A stretch of 64,000 nt of DNA from Porphyridium purpureum (taxonomy: Eukaryota), in contig VRMN01000008.1 of the NCBI GenBank assembly GCA_008690995.1, positions 558,001-622,000 on the forward strand. The letters run 5' to 3'. The notes under the pieces are model-generated. The model saw nothing but the letters and a program-made list of their open reading frames with translations, searched no databases and was not told the DNA's origin. Shown piece by piece: positions 59,218-64,000 of the stretch. Made by a program: the position numbers and the translations under genes. The first letter of the stretch is position 1; each line of letters starts with the position of its first letter.

Positions 59218-61311
59218 TTAGTACAAAAGTTCCTCAATGCGGTTTTCTAACAAGTCGGCGAGGGCTTTGAGGAATTCGGCTGCCTGGGCGCCATAAATGA
59301 TCCTGTGGTCGCACGTAATGTTGACCTTCATCGCCTTTTCCACATTAACGAGCCCGTTCGCACCTACCCCGACAACGGGCTTGCTGCCCGCCACGGCTAG
59401 GATCGAGCCCGCGCCCGGCGGCAACACCGCATCGAAGGAATCCACGCCAAACATGCCCAAATTACTAATGTAGAATGTTCCTGAGCTGTACTCGTCTGGA
59501 CTCAGCTTCTTCTCCATCGTGCGCTTCACCAGGCCTTTCCACGTGCGTGACAGAGAGTACAGATCCGGCTCGTTCGCCTTCTTGAGCACGGGCGTGATGA
59601 GACCACCATCTGGCGTCGCGACGGCCATCGCCACATTGATGTCCGGATTGTACACGATCGCGTCCTTTGCATACGTAGCGTTAAGAATCGGATATTTCTC
59701 AAGCACCATCGCCACCGCTTTGGCCAGTAGCGCGGACACAGTCACGCCCTTGGGCTTCAATTTGGCGTACATGGCGTCCAGAGCCGTCGTCTTGATTTCG
59801 TACGACACGCGGAAGATGGGCACAGTCAAGCTGGCCTCCATATTCTTCACGACGGCCTTTTGGAGTCCATTCATAGCCACAGCGCCGGCCGGCATCTCGG
59901 CCGCTGCGCGCGGCGCCGCTGCGGGTGCAGATCCTGCCGACGCTGGTGCTGCTACTGGTGCTCCTGCCGGCTTCTTGGCCGCCGCGGGCGCCTTCCCTGC
60001 GGCGCGCAACACGTCGTCTGCCGTGATGCGGCCAAAATTTCCAGAGCCCTGCACCTTGCTGAGGTCAATCCCTTCGGTCTTTGCAAGCTTCTTGGCCTCT
60101 GGCGTCGCAACCACTTTGCCGTCAGCGCGCGGCGCTGCGGCCACGGCGGTCGGCGGCGACCGAGCTGTCGTATCGATAGACGCTGCCTTTTCTACGTCTT
60201 CTGCCACGATGCGCCCGTTGGGCCCAGAGCCTGCCACATACGCCAGGTCCACATTCTTTTCCTTTGCGATGCGCTTCGCATATGGAGATGCTATGATGCG
60301 TCCCGTATTCACGACTGCGACAGCTGCTTTCGCCGCGCTTGTCGCCGCCGGTGCTGGTGCTACCGGTGCGGCCGGTACGACCGCTGCTGGGGCAGCTGCG
60401 GTAACCGCACCGCCGCCTGAGCCCTGCGATGAAGCCCATGCTTTCACTGCGGCAATATCATCGCGCGACCTTGCGATATACGCAACTGGTTCGCCGACGG
60501 GTGCCATGCCCCCCTCCTCCACGGTGATGGCTGCCAGAAAGCCACCCTCAAAGGTCTCGACGTCCATGTCGGCCTTGTCGCTCTCCACCACCATTACCAT
60601 GTCACCAGACTCGAGCTCGTCGCCTTCGCTCTTGAGCCACTGAACGATTTTGCCTTCCGTCATGGTGGAGCTTAGTGCCGGCATAAACACTTCGGCAAAG
60701 TCTGGCTTGGGAAGCGAGCTCGCTGCAGCAGCAGCCGGCGGCGCGGCCTGAGTCTTCTCAGGAAGCGGATGCTCCGACGTGGTCACTGCAGTGGTTCCAT
60801 CGTGCCGCGAGTCCGAGCCTGACGCAATGCAGTCAATGCCCATTTGCTTGATCTTCTCAATGTCGGCCTGGCTCTGCGCGATCAACGCGACGGTCGACCC
60901 GACGGGAGCCGTGCCGCCCTCTGGCACCAAAATATCGGCGATCCATCCGTCCTCAAAGCACTCGACGTCCATATCTGCCTTGTCGCTCTCCACGACCATG
61001 ACGATATCGCCCGACTCGACCTTATCCCCTGGCGCCTTGAGCCACTGCACGATCTTGCCCTCCGTCATGGTCGAGCTCAGCGCGGGCATGAACACCTCGC
61101 GCGCTCGAATTTCCAGCAGCATCGCCTCGTCCACAATCTGCATGCTCACCGCACTCCTTCCGCTGCGGCACGCGCCACGACGCCCGCATCCCGGCGCCGC
61201 CACCACGACCCGCGCAAGCAGCCCTGGAGCCCACGCAGAGCAGCGCAGCGCCGCATTTCCGTGCGCGCCGACTTCGCGCACCGCCGTGCACGGAGCCCAC
61301 ACAAACGCCAT
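59218..61311 (-). CDS. Plastid pyruvate dehydrogenase E2 (dihydrolipoamide acetyltransferase)
   Basis: MAFV...VSM transit peptide; two lipoyl domains (FMPALSSTMTEGKIV...VESDKADMDVE); two PSBDs; catalytic TCDHRIIYGA of cyanobacterial/plastid type. Confidence 0.95.
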   Translation of the reverse strand: MAFVWAPCTAVREVGAHGNAALRCSAWAPGLLARVVVAAPGCGRRGACRSGRSAVSMQIVDEAMLLEIRAREVFMPALSSTMTEGKIVQWLKAPGDKVESGDIVMVVESDKADMDVECFEDGWIADILVPEGGTAPVGSTVALIAQSQADIEKIKQMGIDCIASGSDSRHDGTTAVTTSEHPLPEKTQAAPPAAAAASSLPKPDFAEVFMPALSSTMTEGKIVQWLKSEGDELESGDMVMVVESDKADMDVETFEGGFLAAITVEEGGMAPVGEPVAYIARSRDDIAAVKAWASSQGSGGGAVTAAAPAAVVPAAPVAPAPAATSAAKAAVAVVNTGRIIASPYAKRIAKEKNVDLAYVAGSGPNGRIVAEDVEKAASIDTTARSPPTAVAAAPRADGKVVATPEAKKLAKTEGIDLSKVQGSGNFGRITADDVLRAAGKAPAAAKKPAGAPVAAPASAGSAPAAAPRAAAEMPAGAVAMNGLQKAVVKNMEASLTVPIFRVSYEIKTTALDAMYAKLKPKGVTVSALLAKAVAMVLEKYPILNATYAKDAIVYNPDINVAMAVATPDGGLITPVLKKANEPDLYSLSRTWKGLVKRTMEKKLSPDEYSSGTFYISNLGMFGVDSFDAVLPPGAGSILAVAGSKPVVGVGANGLVNVEKAMKVNITCDHRIIYGAQAAEFLKALADLLENRIEELLY

Positions 61312-62002
61312 CCGCCCACGAAACCCCAAGTGACCCGCCAGATCCCGTGCCTAACCCTACACCCCCACCGCCGACCCCCCCAACGATCCGTGACCGCCCA
61401 CCCCTCCCTCTTCCCCTCTCTCTCCCTTCTCTTTCTCCTTCTCTCCCGTTAACCTCCGACACAAAAACATTTCACGCCAGTCGACCTGCGCGATGTCGCG
61501 TTCCTATTAAAAACACCCTGTGTTACTAGGAATCCATCGGACTCCCGGTCTCGCTTTCCTGAGACCTGCGCGTACGGTGACACGGGACGCCGCGAGATTC
61601 CGGCTAGTGCAGTCGCTCATTTCAGTTTGAGCGCGGTTCGTCCTCATTGGAGGAGACACACAAAGACCCACAGAGACCCACAAGCACGCAAACACATGTT
61701 GATCGCGCAAACCGTGTTCCGGCGTTCCGGGAATCGCGCCGCGCTGATGAAAGTGCTTCTTCCCATCAAAACAAGGATTGCGTTGCACCCACGTTGAAAA
61801 CGTGTGGCCTGTTGACTGTCTGGCGCTGTTGCCGTGCCGACGGCAACAGTGGTTTCTCGCGCTGCGTCGTGCAGCACGCGCGCGTGGTGGATGATGGCCC
61901 GCAGACACGAGCTTCCGGCGCCAGCCAGGCTGGCTACCCAGCGTTCGCAGCCAACACGCTCGCCTGTCTCTGCGACCGCGTGGAGTTACCGGTTTAAACA
62001 GT

Positions 62003-62030
62003 AGCCGTTTAGCCGTTTAGCCGTTAAGCG
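62003..62030. repeat. Octamer array (AGCCGTTT/A)x3
   Basis: agccgtttagccgtttagccgttaagc. Confidence 0.8.
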
Positions 62031-62143
62031 CGTAGCTTACCAAATCGGTCGGCGCGGCGGAAGTGGGTCGAGAAGACGTGCAGAACGCGCTGCGCGACGA
62101 GCCGGAACGCGCGTCGTGGACACAGGTGCGGTGCGCAGGCAGG

Positions 62144-62773
62144 ATGGGCACCTGGCTGGCAGCTCTGGCAGCGGTCGTCGTCGCGGTCGTGGTGGTGGTA
62201 GCGGCTGTTTCGTTGAGATCGAGTTTAACGGTCCGCGCGAATGACAGCGCTCGCGATGCACCCCTTGTCGCGCGAAGCGGTCGCGGTGACGCAAAGAAGA
62301 GGAAGAAAAAGAGCGCGAAGGGAATGGCGGAGACTGTGAGCGCGGATGACGTGGGCGTATCAGACAGCAAGCATGTGGAGTCAGACGCCCCAGATGGCAG
62401 GCTGCGCGCAGAGAAACTCGAGTCAGGGCGTGCCAAGGACGATGCGAACGAAGATATGCTGGTATCCGATGATGGCGAAGCGCCGGAACCGGCTCCGAAC
62501 CCGCTGAAAATTCCGTATGGAGGAAGAGTGCTGGATATTCCAGAGCTTCAACGGCAGCATCGCGAGGAAGGATGGCAAGAGGTTCCTCGCGCATGGCCAC
62601 GTGAAGGAAAGCCGGCAGCGCCGACTCCTTCTGCTGCATCTAGCACAACATTGCCAGCTGTGGCATCCAGCAGTAGTACTCAGTCCGCTTCGTCCGCGGC
62701 GAAGCAGCGCCGGCGCGCCAGACAAAAAGAACGCGCTGAAATTGTGCGCGAATTCGAGCGAAATGACCTGTGA
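62144..62773 (+). CDS. Hypothetical single-pass membrane protein
   Basis: N-terminal hydrophobic stretch WLAALAAVVVAVVVVVAAV followed by a basic cluster and low-complexity tail; no family recognised. Confidence 0.65.
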   Translation: MGTWLAALAAVVVAVVVVVAAVSLRSSLTVRANDSARDAPLVARSGRGDAKKRKKKSAKGMAETVSADDVGVSDSKHVESDAPDGRLRAEKLESGRAKDDANEDMLVSDDGEAPEPAPNPLKIPYGGRVLDIPELQRQHREEGWQEVPRAWPREGKPAAPTPSAASSTTLPAVASSSSTQSASSAAKQRRRARQKERAEIVREFERNDL

Positions 62774-63381
62774 CATCAGCGCCAGCTTGGAGAATCATCT
62801 TTCAAAAAATCCAGAGGTACATACTGCATCCATATGACAAATTGCCATGTGGATTTCACGGCACAAAGCTCAACTCGGGCAGTCCCGTCTACATCAGAAC
62901 TACCGACGATCAGCACAGGCAAGCGCACAGCATGCCCTCTTTTGTCTCAGAAACGTTGCGCGGGTGTTACTTTGTAGAGAAGTTCAACATCCACACCATT
63001 CCGACAGCCGCGCAGTTCTGACCTCCTTTGTCACATGATGACGACACGACCCACACGATGAATACAAAAACATATACACACGGTGCGCTTCAAGACTGCG
63101 CGCGCGAGATTCATCCGTTGCCCCGCTCGCTGTGCCGGCAATGGAAACGTGCGAGACCAGAACGCATTGAGCGTTCCGCGCAGCACCTTCGAAGCCTTGC
63201 CACTACCTGGCGCTCCACGGAAGGACAAAGGCAGAAGAAAAAGGACCGCCCGTTTCACGCAGCTCGAAATTTTCGTCCGAGGTGCAACGACTTGAAGACG
63301 CGGAGGAAAACGGCGCGGGCAGAGAACTAGAATTTGAGGAACAGAGTGTTGCGCAAAGGCTTGCCACGTGTCGCAGGCGCC

Positions 63382-64000
63382 ATGGAGAATGACCGGGAGC
63401 GGCAGAACCTGATCATGAGTCTGACGTCCAAGCTTGCGGCGGCGTCGTTCCATATGTCGCAGGCGGAAAAGGCGCAGCATTCGCTGGACACCGCGATCGC
63501 GTTGATTCGCGGCACGTTGCTGGGACTGGACCAATATCTGCATGACTTGAATCACCATCATCAGCAGCTGAGCGTGAGCGTGCGCGAGTGCCGTCATTAC
63601 CTCATGTCGTTGCAGAACAACGCGGGCGCCCCGGCGCAGGTGCCGAACGGTGTCTCGAATTTGACGTCAGACGAGCCCGCTGTGGTGGATCCGGCGCTCA
63701 CTGCTGCGATTACCGCCGCATCAGGTCCGCCCGGTAATGCCCGTCAAGAAGCTCCCAAGATGCCTCCATTGAAAGATCGAGTGAACGCGGCGTACGAGGC
63801 CACGGGCGCGCCGGAACGTGCACGTGACGAGTTGTCTGGCAAAGCGGGGGAAAAGCATGACCGTGACAGCAGTCAGGATCTTCTTTGGGCCTCCAAGCGA
63901 GCGTCTCCGAGCAAGGACGTAAAGTTGGGCTCCGCCAAAAGCCTGGGCTCAATCATCAAACCGAGTGCTGCCCGTGACCATGCGGCTGCGGCCCCGCAGA
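63382..64000 (+). CDS. Hypothetical protein, truncated by the window end
   Basis: Open from ATG 63382 (MENDRERQNLIMSL...) to the end of the window without a stop; helical N-terminal part. Confidence 0.6.
   Translation, partial: MENDRERQNLIMSLTSKLAAASFHMSQAEKAQHSLDTAIALIRGTLLGLDQYLHDLNHHHQQLSVSVRECRHYLMSLQNNAGAPAQVPNGVSNLTSDEPAVVDPALTAAITAASGPPGNARQEAPKMPPLKDRVNAAYEATGAPERARDELSGKAGEKHDRDSSQDLLWASKRASPSKDVKLGSAKSLGSIIKPSAARDHAAAAPQ

Overview
A gene-dense, apparently intron-free eukaryotic nuclear segment. A nucleus-encoded phycoerythrin gamma-type linker with a red-algal-style transit peptide and the uninterrupted ORFs point to a unicellular red alga, Porphyridium-like (inference). It holds about 21 host genes, including CNDP2-like peptidase, DPB2, NSE3/MAGE, MRI1, the phycobilisome gamma linker, a 2OG-Fe(II) oxygenase, an Ldh_2 oxidoreductase, a kinesin-14, a RING E3, malic enzyme, VPS52, RPA2, two PWWP proteins, a bacterial-like lipase, an A20/AN1 protein, RPN8, MSI1 and plastid PDH E2. 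It also holds two intact LTR retrotransposons whose LTR pairs look identical. Most notable: (1) a kinesin-14 carrying N-terminal PLAT/LH2 and CBM20 starch-binding domains, a candidate motor for cytosolic floridean starch granules; (2) a Copia-order element with Gypsy-like Gag/protease, a Myb/SANT-like domain after integrase, a half-tRNA PBS and non-canonical CG...AG termini; (3) a chromovirus whose gag and pol are in frame and separated by a single UGA-CUA readthrough-type codon, with no tRNA PBS; (4) a PWWP-TFIIS fusion beside a second gene carrying a paralogous PWWP module. All domain calls are from motif recognition by eye, not from database searches.
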